A DNA stretch of 64,000 bases from a virus. Its lineage: Duplodnaviria; Caudoviricetes. The translations under genes and the position numbers were made by a program. Shown piece after piece: positions 49,440-58,582 of the stretch; position 1 is the stretch's first letter, and the number at the start of each line of letters is the position of its first letter. The notes below the pieces were generated by a model. The model worked only from the letters and a program-made list of their open reading frames with translations. It was not told the origin of the DNA and did not search any database. Location of the stretch: positions 32,001 through 96,000 of IMG/VR virus record IMGVR_UViG_3300032167_007466, one strand, 5' to 3'.

Positions 49440-49967
49440 GTGGCAAACAGTGAAATTATAAATGATTTAAAACAGGCTATTGCCAAAGAGATGATAAACG
49501 ACGAATCCTTTTATTATGCAATAAACAGTCCTAAGATATCTTCTGTAGAGGATAGAGACCAGCTTACTGATTATAATATATTCTCGTATAATAAAAATCC
49601 AGATACTATTACGGATGTAACAACCTTTATCACTCTTCAGGTACACATACCCAAGACTTATGATAAGAATAACACTTGGGTTGTCCCACGTTTAGAAATC
49701 TGGATTTATTCTCATAACGACCATATGGATGTTGATAATATACCCAAAATATCAGCAAATAGAAATGACTATATATCCATGTTGATAGACAAGAAGTTTA
49801 ATGGTCGTGATACTCTTGGTGGTAGCAAGAATGACAAATACAACTTGCATTTATTTGGTAAGTTAGATTTGGTTCATAATGTTGAGGGTACATATTCACC
49901 AAAATTCTTATATCGCCAGATGATATTTGAAATGAAAGACCTCAACAAATCTATGTGTGAAGAGTAG
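49440..49967 (+). CDS. Tail terminator (putative)
   Basis: RNDYIS..IDKKFNG; position. Confidence 0.5.
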   Translation: MANSEIINDLKQAIAKEMINDESFYYAINSPKISSVEDRDQLTDYNIFSYNKNPDTITDVTTFITLQVHIPKTYDKNNTWVVPRLEIWIYSHNDHMDVDNIPKISANRNDYISMLIDKKFNGRDTLGGSKNDKYNLHLFGKLDLVHNVEGTYSPKFLYRQMIFEMKDLNKSMCEE

Positions 49968-49974
49968 GTGAAAA

Positions 49975-50880
49975 ATGTTTAAAAAGATTTTGAATAGGAT
50001 TTCATCTGCTTTCACAAGTAAAATTGTATTGTCGTTGGAAAATATCATTCTTGGATTGAAAACTATAAACGACAACTTTTCTTCTCTTATGAAGTTTTTA
50101 ATGAAACCACCCGAAGAAGAGAAAGAACTTGTCTGTTTATTTGAAGACAATGACGATACAAAAATATATCGTGGATATAGCGTAAAAATAAATGACCATA
50201 TCACAATCAAACAGCCGTCCGTTGACGAGATAATAGAATACGGCGACAACAAGTATTACGGAATGATATATACTTTATGTTCTGTTGGTGCCGACTTAAA
50301 ATGGCAGTTAGATGATATGGGCAAAGATTATACACAGATTGAGGATTATGAACTCTTTTATTCTGTATTGGCGAGAGGTTTTGATGTTGAAAAAACAAAG
50401 ATATTGTTTGGAAATGTTATTGATTTCTCAAAAATGCAGTTAATGTATAATAAACAACTTGAAGAAGTTGTGATGGTGCAAGTTTTTGAGGACGGTAGTT
50501 ATCTGCAAATTGACAGATATGCCTATACTTGCATTGTTAGTGTGCTTCGTCAGATGCACAAAATCAAAAGAAACGATGAAATGCCAGGTAACGAAGCAAC
50601 CAGACAAGTTTTGATTGAGGATGCTCGTGATGAGTATGAACAAAACAAAGGTAAAAAACCGAAAGCCTACCTTCTCCCTTTGATATCAACACTGGTTGTA
50701 GAGAGTGGTTTTAATCGAGACTTTGTTCTTGGTTTAAATATAAATGCTTTTATGGATGGTATTGGTCGTATAAGTAAAATCAAAAATGCAGAATTGCTAT
50801 TGCAAAGTGGTTATTCTGGTTTTGGTGTAGATTTAAAGAAATTAAGTAAAGAAGAAACAAACTGGATGGGAGAGCTTTAA
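49975..50880 (+). CDS. Tail-region hypothetical protein
   Basis: 301-aa ORF. Confidence 0.65.
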   Translation: MFKKILNRISSAFTSKIVLSLENIILGLKTINDNFSSLMKFLMKPPEEEKELVCLFEDNDDTKIYRGYSVKINDHITIKQPSVDEIIEYGDNKYYGMIYTLCSVGADLKWQLDDMGKDYTQIEDYELFYSVLARGFDVEKTKILFGNVIDFSKMQLMYNKQLEEVVMVQVFEDGSYLQIDRYAYTCIVSVLRQMHKIKRNDEMPGNEATRQVLIEDARDEYEQNKGKKPKAYLLPLISTLVVESGFNRDFVLGLNINAFMDGIGRISKIKNAELLLQSGYSGFGVDLKKLSKEETNWMGEL

Positions 50881-50928
50881 TAAGCCTCTCTTTTATTTTG
50901 TTCTAAAAATAACAAGGAGGAAACTAAT

Positions 50929-51699
50929 ATGGCTATTAATGTTAATGAACTTATTCTTGATAAAGTTCGTGGACTTATCCTTACTGACTTGGAAGATGGC
51001 TCCGTTCTTACTCGTCTAACAAAGCTTGAAGACCCTAAACTTTCAAGTACAGCAGATGGCGAGGAAATTACTGATGCTGTTGGTGCTTTGATTACAAAAC
51101 TTTTCAGAGCTAAGAAAGGTAGATTTGAGACTACAAATTCACTCCACAGTATGGATTTGCTTGCGCAGCAGTATGGTACTGAAAAAGAGGTTGCTTCTAC
51201 TGACAATAAGATTGTCGCACCTTGCGAAGAAACTCTTACAGTAGAAGGCGGAAAGATCACCCTTTCTCACACACCTTCTAACGATATCAAGTATATTTAC
51301 AAACTTGAAAGGGGCACCCTTGCAACAAAGTATGCTCTTGGTACAAGTGCAACCGCTACAGAATTTACAGTGGATGGTAACACAATCACAGTTCCTACTG
51401 GTGTAACTGGTAAAATTTATGTTGAATACGAATATGAATCTGAAAGTGCTGTTCGTGTTGTTAACAACACTGAGAAATTCCCGAAAGCTGTTGGTGTTAA
51501 GATTTTCGCTATCTTCAGAGACCAGTGTAACGAAAACATCAAGTATGCTGGTGCAGTTGTTGCTAAGAAGGGTAAGATTGATCCGTCTTCTGTTGATACA
51601 ACTCTTACAGCCACAGGTAAGCACGGACTTGCGATTGACTTTATGAAGGACTATTGTGACGATGAGGCTGACCTCTTCAGCGTAATCGTAGCTGAGTAA
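50929..51699 (+). CDS. Major tail (tube) protein
   Basis: Thr/Val-rich, strong codon bias, strong RBS. Confidence 0.65.
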   Translation: MAINVNELILDKVRGLILTDLEDGSVLTRLTKLEDPKLSSTADGEEITDAVGALITKLFRAKKGRFETTNSLHSMDLLAQQYGTEKEVASTDNKIVAPCEETLTVEGGKITLSHTPSNDIKYIYKLERGTLATKYALGTSATATEFTVDGNTITVPTGVTGKIYVEYEYESESAVRVVNNTEKFPKAVGVKIFAIFRDQCNENIKYAGAVVAKKGKIDPSSVDTTLTATGKHGLAIDFMKDYCDDEADLFSVIVAE

Positions 51700-51762
51700 T
51701 TATATTGAATAGGATTGAGGGTATGGTTAATGCTATACCCTCTCTTATATCAAGGAGGATTT

Positions 51763-52116
51763 ATGTCAAAGAAGATTAACCATTGGTGCATTATCTGTGG
51801 TAAGGGCTATCACGCTTGTGATTCTTGTGATGAAATTCAGTCTTTTACACCTTGGAGAAAATTAGCTTGCAGTCCAGAGCATTATAAACTTTATATTCTT
51901 CTTAAACAGTATAACGCTAGCGTTATTACTAAAGAAGATGCAAAGGTAATGCTTGCAAATATAGATTTGGCAGGAATGAAAGATTTTAAGGAGAGTGCTA
52001 AAAAAGTGCTTGATGAAATTTTAAAAGAAGATGTTCCTGCACGTAAGTCATCTAAGAAAAAGGCTGTTGAAATAGTCGTTGAAAAATCTGCTACAGAAAG
52101 TGACGCTGAAGAATAA
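51763..52116 (+). CDS. Zinc-finger protein
   Basis: CIICGKGYHACDSC..WRKLACSPEH; ATG after AAGGAGG. Confidence 0.7.
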   Translation: MSKKINHWCIICGKGYHACDSCDEIQSFTPWRKLACSPEHYKLYILLKQYNASVITKEDAKVMLANIDLAGMKDFKESAKKVLDEILKEDVPARKSSKKKAVEIVVEKSATESDAEE

Positions 52117-52220
52117 AATTATGAATAGTATTATTTTAAAAACTCTTTTATAGGGGAGATGCTATTCATTTCATAGTTTCTCCCCTATTTTTTACTTTTT
52201 ATCGGAAGGATGTTTTAAAC

Positions 52221-52448
52221 ATAAAAACGACAAGCGAATTAACAGGAAAAGAATATGAAATGGAAGATGTCATTTGGTATGGGAACGCGTTACAGGCAGC
52301 TCAGTATTGGTTGTGGGGTTGTAAGCCCGTAGACCAGACAGTTATTCCCGACACCAAAAGATGGGCGTTTGCATTCACAAAAGATGACCATAAAAAGTAT
52401 ATAGGTCGTTGGAATGAACAAAAACAGAATAAAAATACGGAGGACTAA
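52221..52448 (+). CDS. Small hypothetical protein (ATA start)
   Basis: GGAAGGA RBS then in-frame ATA, 13 codons upstream of the track ATG. Confidence 0.55.
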   Translation: MKTTSELTGKEYEMEDVIWYGNALQAAQYWLWGCKPVDQTVIPDTKRWAFAFTKDDHKKYIGRWNEQKQNKNTED

Positions 52449-52450
52449 CT

Positions 52451-52756
52451 ATGAACAAAATAAATTTAAAGGGTATTACCTCTGAAACCGTTACAGGTAT
52501 ATTAATACTGCTTGTTGCTCTTATAAATGCAGTATTACAGATGTTTGGCATTAATACTTTGCCAATAGAAAACGAAGAAATATCAGTAATCGTGTCTGGT
52601 ATTTTTCTTGTAGTTGCGTCATTGTATAATACATATAAAAACAGAAATGTAACAACAGGTGCTCAGGAAGCACAACAGATTTTAGATGCTTTGAAGAATG
52701 GCACTTTGATTGTCGAAGATGTTCAGGCACTCGTCTCCAAGATTAAGAGACAGTAA
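52451..52756 (+). CDS. Holin (SPP1-like)
   Basis: Two TMs, LLVALIN..YKNRNVT..AQEAQ; adjacent to endolysin. Confidence 0.8.
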   Translation: MNKINLKGITSETVTGILILLVALINAVLQMFGINTLPIENEEISVIVSGIFLVVASLYNTYKNRNVTTGAQEAQQILDALKNGTLIVEDVQALVSKIKRQ

Positions 52757-52764
52757 GGAGATGA

Positions 52765-54177
52765 GTGTGTATGAAAAAAATATTTATTGACCCCGGACAT
52801 AATTATTCGGGTTTTGACACAGGTGCTTCTGGTAATGGTTTGAGAGAACAAGATATAACATTTCAAATCTCTGAAAAACTTTCAAAACTTTTAAAAAACA
52901 TTGGTTTTGAAGTTAAAATGTCAAGAAACAAAATAACTGATAATGTTGGAACAAGTGTCTCTTCAAGTCTAAGTCAAAGAGCTTCTTTGGCTAACAATTT
53001 TAAAGCTGATTATTTTATCTCGCTACATACAGACAGTTCAGCATCCAAGTCAGCACAAGGTTCTCATATTTGTATATATAAAAAAGGAACGAATGCTGAA
53101 AAATTAGCAAACAAAATAAATACACAGCTACTAAAACTTGGGTTAACTGGGCGTAGTAATTTAATATCGGAAAGACCAGAATTGAGCGTGTTAAAAGCAA
53201 CATCAATGCCTGCAATTTTAATAGAAATGGGTTTTATTTCTAACACACGAGATTCAGGTATACAAAAGAATAATCAAGATGGTTTAGCTAATGCAATTTT
53301 TATGGGTATTTGTGATCATTTAGGAATTGAACATACAAAGAAAGAGGAAGTTAGTGCATCTCCTTCGGCACAAACTACTATAAAAATTAATGACAAAAAA
53401 GTAGATATACCATTTACTAATATAGATGGATCTGTTTATGTTCCCATACGGAAGTTTTGTGACTTACTTGGTTATGGTGTCGATTGGAAGGATGATACAA
53501 AAGAGATAAATATAACTACCAATAAGAGCACTACTGAAAAGAATAAAGAAATTACCCCTTCTGTTGTTCCTACAAAATATAGTGTCATTGGCACCACTCA
53601 TGTTGTTGAAATAGACCCTAGAAATATTTTTCATGTAGAAACTCAGAGGGCTACAAATAAAACACCATATGATAACTTTGTAAACAGTTTATTCTTTATG
53701 CCACAAGGAAACGGCAAAGTGTTTCCCCAAGGTATGGCTGTTAATGCAGGTAAAGTTTTATCTAATTATGCAACCCATGGTAAGCCTGTTGCTACTCTCG
53801 TATGTTATGGTTGGAATAATGTACAATTAAAATATATTACCGACATCACAAAAGAAAAAGGTGTATGGTTTGCGGTCAGTGGTTATGGTGTTTATCCTAA
53901 AATTACGGCTGAAGAAGAAGGTTTTGTTGGGAAATTTTCAGACGTTATAAGGACAACCAATAGACCGATTATCGGATATAGAAAGTCTGATAATAGAATT
54001 GTTATTGCTGTGCGTTCAGGTAGCAATGCAACTAGAGCAAGCGAAACAGCAAAAAATCTTGGTCTTGATTTTGCTATATCTCTTGATGGTGGTGGTTCTA
54101 CTACCTTAAAGGTAAATGGTGAATATAAGTTTAAAGGCGACGGTAGACAGCTTTGGGGCGGTATTATTTGGAGTTAA
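52765..54177 (+). CDS. Endolysin: Amidase_3 + stalk-like + phosphodiester glycosidase (NAGPA-like) domains
   Basis: DPGH..E..SLH..IEMGF; YVPIRKF..VDW; LDGGGST. Confidence 0.85.
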   Translation: MCMKKIFIDPGHNYSGFDTGASGNGLREQDITFQISEKLSKLLKNIGFEVKMSRNKITDNVGTSVSSSLSQRASLANNFKADYFISLHTDSSASKSAQGSHICIYKKGTNAEKLANKINTQLLKLGLTGRSNLISERPELSVLKATSMPAILIEMGFISNTRDSGIQKNNQDGLANAIFMGICDHLGIEHTKKEEVSASPSAQTTIKINDKKVDIPFTNIDGSVYVPIRKFCDLLGYGVDWKDDTKEINITTNKSTTEKNKEITPSVVPTKYSVIGTTHVVEIDPRNIFHVETQRATNKTPYDNFVNSLFFMPQGNGKVFPQGMAVNAGKVLSNYATHGKPVATLVCYGWNNVQLKYITDITKEKGVWFAVSGYGVYPKITAEEEGFVGKFSDVIRTTNRPIIGYRKSDNRIVIAVRSGSNATRASETAKNLGLDFAISLDGGGSTTLKVNGEYKFKGDGRQLWGGIIWS

Positions 54178-54201
54178 TAGTGAAGGGATGGTAGTATATG
54201 A

Positions 54202-54720
54202 ATGGAACCAATAAGAGAATTACTTAAACTTGATTTTACCGCCGTCATTCTTACAGTGTTTATTATAATGTCTGGGATAATTGCAATGTATAGTATAATT
54301 GGCAAGTTTTCTGAGATAATCGGAAAGCCTGTTAAGTGGGTTAAACAGAGACAATTAGACCACGATTTATTAGAAAAGAATAAAAAAGACATAAAAGACC
54401 TAAAAGATAAACACGAAGCCGATACAAAGAAATACGAAACAAGCCACCAAGAATTAATTGATGATATCAAGGGTTTAAAAGACCTTTTGCTTGATAAACA
54501 AATTTCTGACTATCGATGGGAAATAATTAATACGGCTGATAAAATTTCAAACGGAAGAATTGTTAGCAAAGAATGTCTTAAGCATGCAATTACGACATAT
54601 GACAAGTACGAGAAAATTATTGAAAAATACAATATAAAGAACGGTGAGGTCTCAATTAGTATTAAAGTAATTAAAGGCGAATATGCAAAAATATTAGCCG
54701 ATGAGAAACAAGTCAATTGA
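54202..54720 (+). CDS. Membrane-anchored coiled-coil protein (lysis-associated?)
   Basis: N-terminal TM, RWEII..YE..NG motif. Confidence 0.6.
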   Translation: MEPIRELLKLDFTAVILTVFIIMSGIIAMYSIIGKFSEIIGKPVKWVKQRQLDHDLLEKNKKDIKDLKDKHEADTKKYETSHQELIDDIKGLKDLLLDKQISDYRWEIINTADKISNGRIVSKECLKHAITTYDKYEKIIEKYNIKNGEVSISIKVIKGEYAKILADEKQVN

Positions 54721-54795
54721 ATATAGGATTTAAGGAGAGGGTGTTAATTTAGGTTAGCATCCTCTTCTTCTATTATTATAAAGGATGTGAATGAT

Positions 54796-54939
54796 ATAGC
54801 AAAGAACGAAGGTAAAAAATTTGAAGATGCTTTTATTAAGTCAGTGCCGGACTATGTATTGGTCAAAAGATTGAATGACAATGCAAGCTCATGGTCGGGT
54901 GGTACAATGACAAGATTCGCATCCAAGAATGGAGAATAA
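54796..54939 (+). pseudogene. RecU-like Holliday junction resolvase, N-terminal fragment
   Basis: (M)AKNEGKKFEDAFIKSVPDY..RLND..TRFASKN then stop. Confidence 0.6.
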
Positions 54940-55390
54940 TATAGTGAGTAGATCAAAATTTAATGTAGATAAAGATACTGAAAAACGTACATATAACGGG
55001 ATTGTTTTTGACTCTATCTTAGAGATGAAATATTATCGAGATGTACTTTGTCCATTAGTGAAGAGTGGCGATGTGGTAAAATACGAATTACAAAAGCCAT
55101 ATGAGTTACAACCAAAGTTTATACACGATAATAAGTCCGTACAACCCATTAAATACGTGGCAGATTTTTTTATTGTTTACAAAGATGGTCATGAAGAAGT
55201 AATTGACACAAAGGGTTGCCCAGATAGTGTAGCAATTATAAAAAGAAAATTGTTTTGGTATCACTACCCAAATGTTAATTATAAGTGGGTTTGCTTTTCA
55301 AAAATTGATGGGGGCTGGTGTGATTATGAATACGTCAAAAAAAAGAGAGCAGAGAGAAAAAGAAATAAAAACAAAATGGAAATTTCATGA
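54929..55390 (+). CDS. DUF1064 family PD-(D/E)xK nuclease
   Basis: GIVFDS..E..YELQPKF..YVADF..VIDTKG. Confidence 0.85.
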   Translation: MENNIVSRSKFNVDKDTEKRTYNGIVFDSILEMKYYRDVLCPLVKSGDVVKYELQKPYELQPKFIHDNKSVQPIKYVADFFIVYKDGHEEVIDTKGCPDSVAIIKRKLFWYHYPNVNYKWVCFSKIDGGWCDYEYVKKKRAERKRNKNKMEIS

Positions 55391-56522
55391 TGGAGAAAAT
55401 ATTAAAGACGACAAAAGAAATTTAACGATTTTAGCTAAAGAAACAAAAGATTATTTGTACGGCAATTATATTTACAAACAAAAATGGTATAAGTTGCTGT
55501 GCAATAAATGTGGGTACGATTCAATTTACATTGATGAGTCCCATTTATCTCAAGGTAGAGGATGTCCCGTATGTAGCGGAAGAAAAGTTGCAGTTGGAAT
55601 TAACGATATAAACACGACGGCAAATTGGATGCTACAATACATAAAAAACAAAGAAGATGGGAGTTTGTACACAAAAACTTCAAATTCATATATCGATTTT
55701 AAATGTCCTGATTGTGGAGATATTTCTTCGCAAAAAATTTCAAATGTCTATAATTTTGGATTTCGATGTAAAAACTGTCGAGATGGAATATCATACCCAA
55801 ATAAATTTTCATATGAGTTTTTAAGGCAGTTACCTGTACAAAATGTTTGTCATGAATATATTCCTGATTGGGGAAATGGCAAAAGATATGACAATTACTT
55901 TGAGTATGATGGTGAAAAATATATACTAGAAATGGATGGTGGCTTTCATTATCAGTACAATACTTTAAACAAAAAGACGGCAGACGAAGAACAAAAAAAT
56001 GATTACATAAAAGATTTGTTAGCTAAAAATCATAGCATTACTGTTATTAGAATTAAAAGTGTTAAGAACGAATTGAATTATATGAAAGAACAGTTTGAAT
56101 CTAATGATATACTTAACTCTATGTTTGATTTAAGCAATATTGATTTTAAAAAATGCCATGAGTTTGCTATGTCTAATCTTTCAAAAGAAGTTTGTGATTA
56201 TTATAACCATTGTCAAAGTGTTAATGGATGCATTGAAAAATTTGGACTAGCAAGAATAACTATTTTAACTTATTTAAAAAATGGTTATGTTTTGGGATGG
56301 GGTGACTATACCCCACAAAAATCATACAAACAACGCTCTTTAAATAGGAAATCAAAGTCTATTTCAATTATAAAAGATGGCGAAGAAATTATATATGATT
56401 CTACTAAACAACTATGTTTTGATATAAAACATAAATTTGGGATAGATTTGAAAGTACAAGGGGTAAGAAATGCTGCGAGAGAAAATATAAAATATAAAAA
56501 ATGTATATTTAGATATGTTTAA
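55272..56522 (+). CDS. Zinc-ribbon homing endonuclease-like protein
   Basis: CNKCG, CPVC, CPDCG, CKNC; RYD..ILEMDGGFH..ND..K. Confidence 0.7.
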   Translation: MLIISGFAFQKLMGAGVIMNTSKKREQREKEIKTKWKFHDGENIKDDKRNLTILAKETKDYLYGNYIYKQKWYKLLCNKCGYDSIYIDESHLSQGRGCPVCSGRKVAVGINDINTTANWMLQYIKNKEDGSLYTKTSNSYIDFKCPDCGDISSQKISNVYNFGFRCKNCRDGISYPNKFSYEFLRQLPVQNVCHEYIPDWGNGKRYDNYFEYDGEKYILEMDGGFHYQYNTLNKKTADEEQKNDYIKDLLAKNHSITVIRIKSVKNELNYMKEQFESNDILNSMFDLSNIDFKKCHEFAMSNLSKEVCDYYNHCQSVNGCIEKFGLARITILTYLKNGYVLGWGDYTPQKSYKQRSLNRKSKSISIIKDGEEIIYDSTKQLCFDIKHKFGIDLKVQGVRNAARENIKYKKCIFRYV

Positions 56523-56639
56523 TCAATCAGCAAGAGTGATGTTTTGAAAATGAACCCTATTGAAATTGATAGCGAGTTGTTAAGAACAAACTATCGCTAT
56601 GATATAGAAAAATTTTTAAAAGAAACGAGGTTATCTTGA
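56523..56639 (+). pseudogene. RecU-like resolvase, C-terminal remnant
   Basis: SISKSDVLKMNPIEIDSELLRTNYRYDIEKFLKETRLS, in frame after the preceding stop. Confidence 0.55.
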
Positions 56640-56640
56640 A

Positions 56641-56829
56641 TTGTTTTATCCTTTTTTCTGCCCAAAATGTGGGCACACTGAGACGATATCCATGAGAATT
56701 ACAGAATACGTCGCAACGGGTCATGAGTGCCCTACCTGTAATACAGAAATGAAACGAGACCCGAAATCGCTTTGCTGTGGAATGACTGTAGACAAAACAG
56801 GAACGTTCTTTAAGAAAGTTACATTTTAG
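56641..56829 (+). CDS. FmdB-like zinc-ribbon protein
   Basis: YPFFCPKCG..CPTC..MKR. Confidence 0.7.
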   Translation: MFYPFFCPKCGHTETISMRITEYVATGHECPTCNTEMKRDPKSLCCGMTVDKTGTFFKKVTF

Positions 56830-56860
56830 GGTTAATAGAAAAATAAAAATTGAAAGAGAG

Positions 56861-57427
56861 GTGTATCAAATGGTTTTAAAAATGTCAAAAGATAAGACCT
56901 TGGTGATTACAAAGTCAAGTACTACATATAAAAATGAACACAACGCTGAGACAATCAAAATCATTATGCCGAAACAAATTGACGGTAAAGATTTAAAGCA
57001 GTGTTCAATTTGGTTAAGTTTTATGAACGAAGAGAAACTCGGCAGAGCTATTGATGTGACACAGTTTTTAACAGACTACTCCCCTATCTACTACTATATC
57101 GAGATACCGCTGGACAACATTTTCACTTATGTTGCTGGTAAAGTTCAAATATGGTTGAAGATATTGGATAGTCAAACCGAAATGGTTGATTTCACCAATT
57201 ATGTTACTCACTATATTCACAAGCATCCCGATGAAGAACTTGAGGGCGAAGTGACTGAGCAGGAACGTTCTGTATTGGAAAATCTGGCATTAAAACTTGA
57301 TGCGACCTCTATTCAGTTAGGTGAAGTAACCGCTAAAGTTGAGGATATTGATGAATATGTAAGCGAATTACAAGAGGGTGAAGTTATGTTGGTTCAGCCT
57401 ATGCTTACTGCAAAAATACAGGAATAG
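56861..57427 (+). CDS. BppU-like N-terminal domain protein (putative)
   Basis: EHNAETIKI..TYVAGKVQIWL. Confidence 0.5.
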   Translation: MYQMVLKMSKDKTLVITKSSTTYKNEHNAETIKIIMPKQIDGKDLKQCSIWLSFMNEEKLGRAIDVTQFLTDYSPIYYYIEIPLDNIFTYVAGKVQIWLKILDSQTEMVDFTNYVTHYIHKHPDEELEGEVTEQERSVLENLALKLDATSIQLGEVTAKVEDIDEYVSELQEGEVMLVQPMLTAKIQE

Positions 57428-57552
57428 GTGTTGAAATGCCAGTTTCATGGTGATTTATTTTATTATTCTCTCTTATGTAAAACGGAGAATAATATAGTAG
57501 AATCTTTTAATGGGTTCAAAATTAACTAAAAGATTTAAAGGAGATTTGATTT

Positions 57553-57822
57553 ATGGTCATTAGAAGAATTATTAATCATTTTACTTACAAAAAGAAACTT
57601 AAGCTACTAAAAGTTTATGCTGTTAACCAGTTATCCAGTATTGTTATCAACAATATGGATTACGTAGAAGGATTTAAGAGGCTTTTGCTTACAGCATCTA
57701 AATCTGATAATGCAGAAGAATTACAGAATATGTTGAATGAGTTTATTGACCTGTCTAACAAGGTAAAAATTGCAAACAAGGTTATAAATGAAAAACGAGC
57801 AGAAGAATCAAAGGCTGAATAA
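57553..57822 (+). CDS. Hypothetical protein (possible tail chaperone)
   Basis: 89 aa, AAGGAG RBS. Confidence 0.55.
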   Translation: MVIRRIINHFTYKKKLKLLKVYAVNQLSSIVINNMDYVEGFKRLLLTASKSDNAEELQNMLNEFIDLSNKVKIANKVINEKRAEESKAE

Positions 57823-57824
57823 TT

Positions 57825-58349
57825 ATGGCAAAACAAATACATAATTTTGGAGAACTTGCGGGAGCTTTAAACCCACAACTCATAGCGATTTTTGAAAAGG
57901 TTGCAGATGATGTAAAAAAAGAAATAGACAAAGCTCTTGCAAAATACTACTCGGAATATGACCCAAGCGTAAGACAAATCGTTGGCAGATACTGGTATGA
58001 CAGAACAGACCAACTGAGGAATTGTTGTAAGATAGGACAAGCAAAAGTGTCGGGTAATTCGGTATCAATTGAAATTTATTTAGATATTGATTCATTGAAC
58101 TATGAAAGTCCGGGTGCTGATGCATACAAAACTGTTGTTGCAGCCAATGCGGGATTACACGGTGGTTGGGATGTTTCGAGTTTTGTAAAGGGACAAACCA
58201 CTTGGGATTCTATCACCGATAACGATGGAAGTCGATGGGGTTCTGGCACACAAATTTGGGAAGAGCCTATGAATGAATTGTTTGGTGGTGGAAAACTCGT
58301 ATCTTTATTCAAAAAACACGCAAAGGCTCATGGATTAAATTTAAAATAA
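57825..58349 (+). CDS. Tail completion/neck protein (putative)
   Basis: YYSEYDP..YDRTDQL..GLHG. Confidence 0.55.
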   Translation: MAKQIHNFGELAGALNPQLIAIFEKVADDVKKEIDKALAKYYSEYDPSVRQIVGRYWYDRTDQLRNCCKIGQAKVSGNSVSIEIYLDIDSLNYESPGADAYKTVVAANAGLHGGWDVSSFVKGQTTWDSITDNDGSRWGSGTQIWEEPMNELFGGGKLVSLFKKHAKAHGLNLK

Positions 58350-58366
58350 AGGAAGGATTGGTTTAA

Positions 58367-58537
58367 ATAAAACAATCAAAACTATTCCCTTGCTACTCCG
58401 TTCCAATGCGTGATTATTTCGCATCGAAAGGTATTAAATATGAGTTAGTGGGGTTACATCCAAAATCAAAAGATATGTTTTGGGTGTATATAAAAACAAC
58501 CAAATTAGAAAAAGCAATGCAGGAGTGGTCTAAATAG
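58367..58537 (+). CDS. DUF5659-like small protein (ATA start, 56 aa)
   Basis: LFPCYSVPMRDYF..GIKY..HPKS..FWVY; missed by the ORF track. Confidence 0.65.
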   Translation: MKQSKLFPCYSVPMRDYFASKGIKYELVGLHPKSKDMFWVYIKTTKLEKAMQEWSK

Positions 58538-58582
58538 CCACTCTATTTTTATGTTGATTTTTAAAATGAAAGTGAGGAATTT

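Noticed and set aside
55272-55390. Programmed frameshift fusing DUF1064 to the zinc-ribbon nuclease at the A8 run
   Set aside because: No stimulatory structure seen; an internal start near IKTKW explains the overlap equally well
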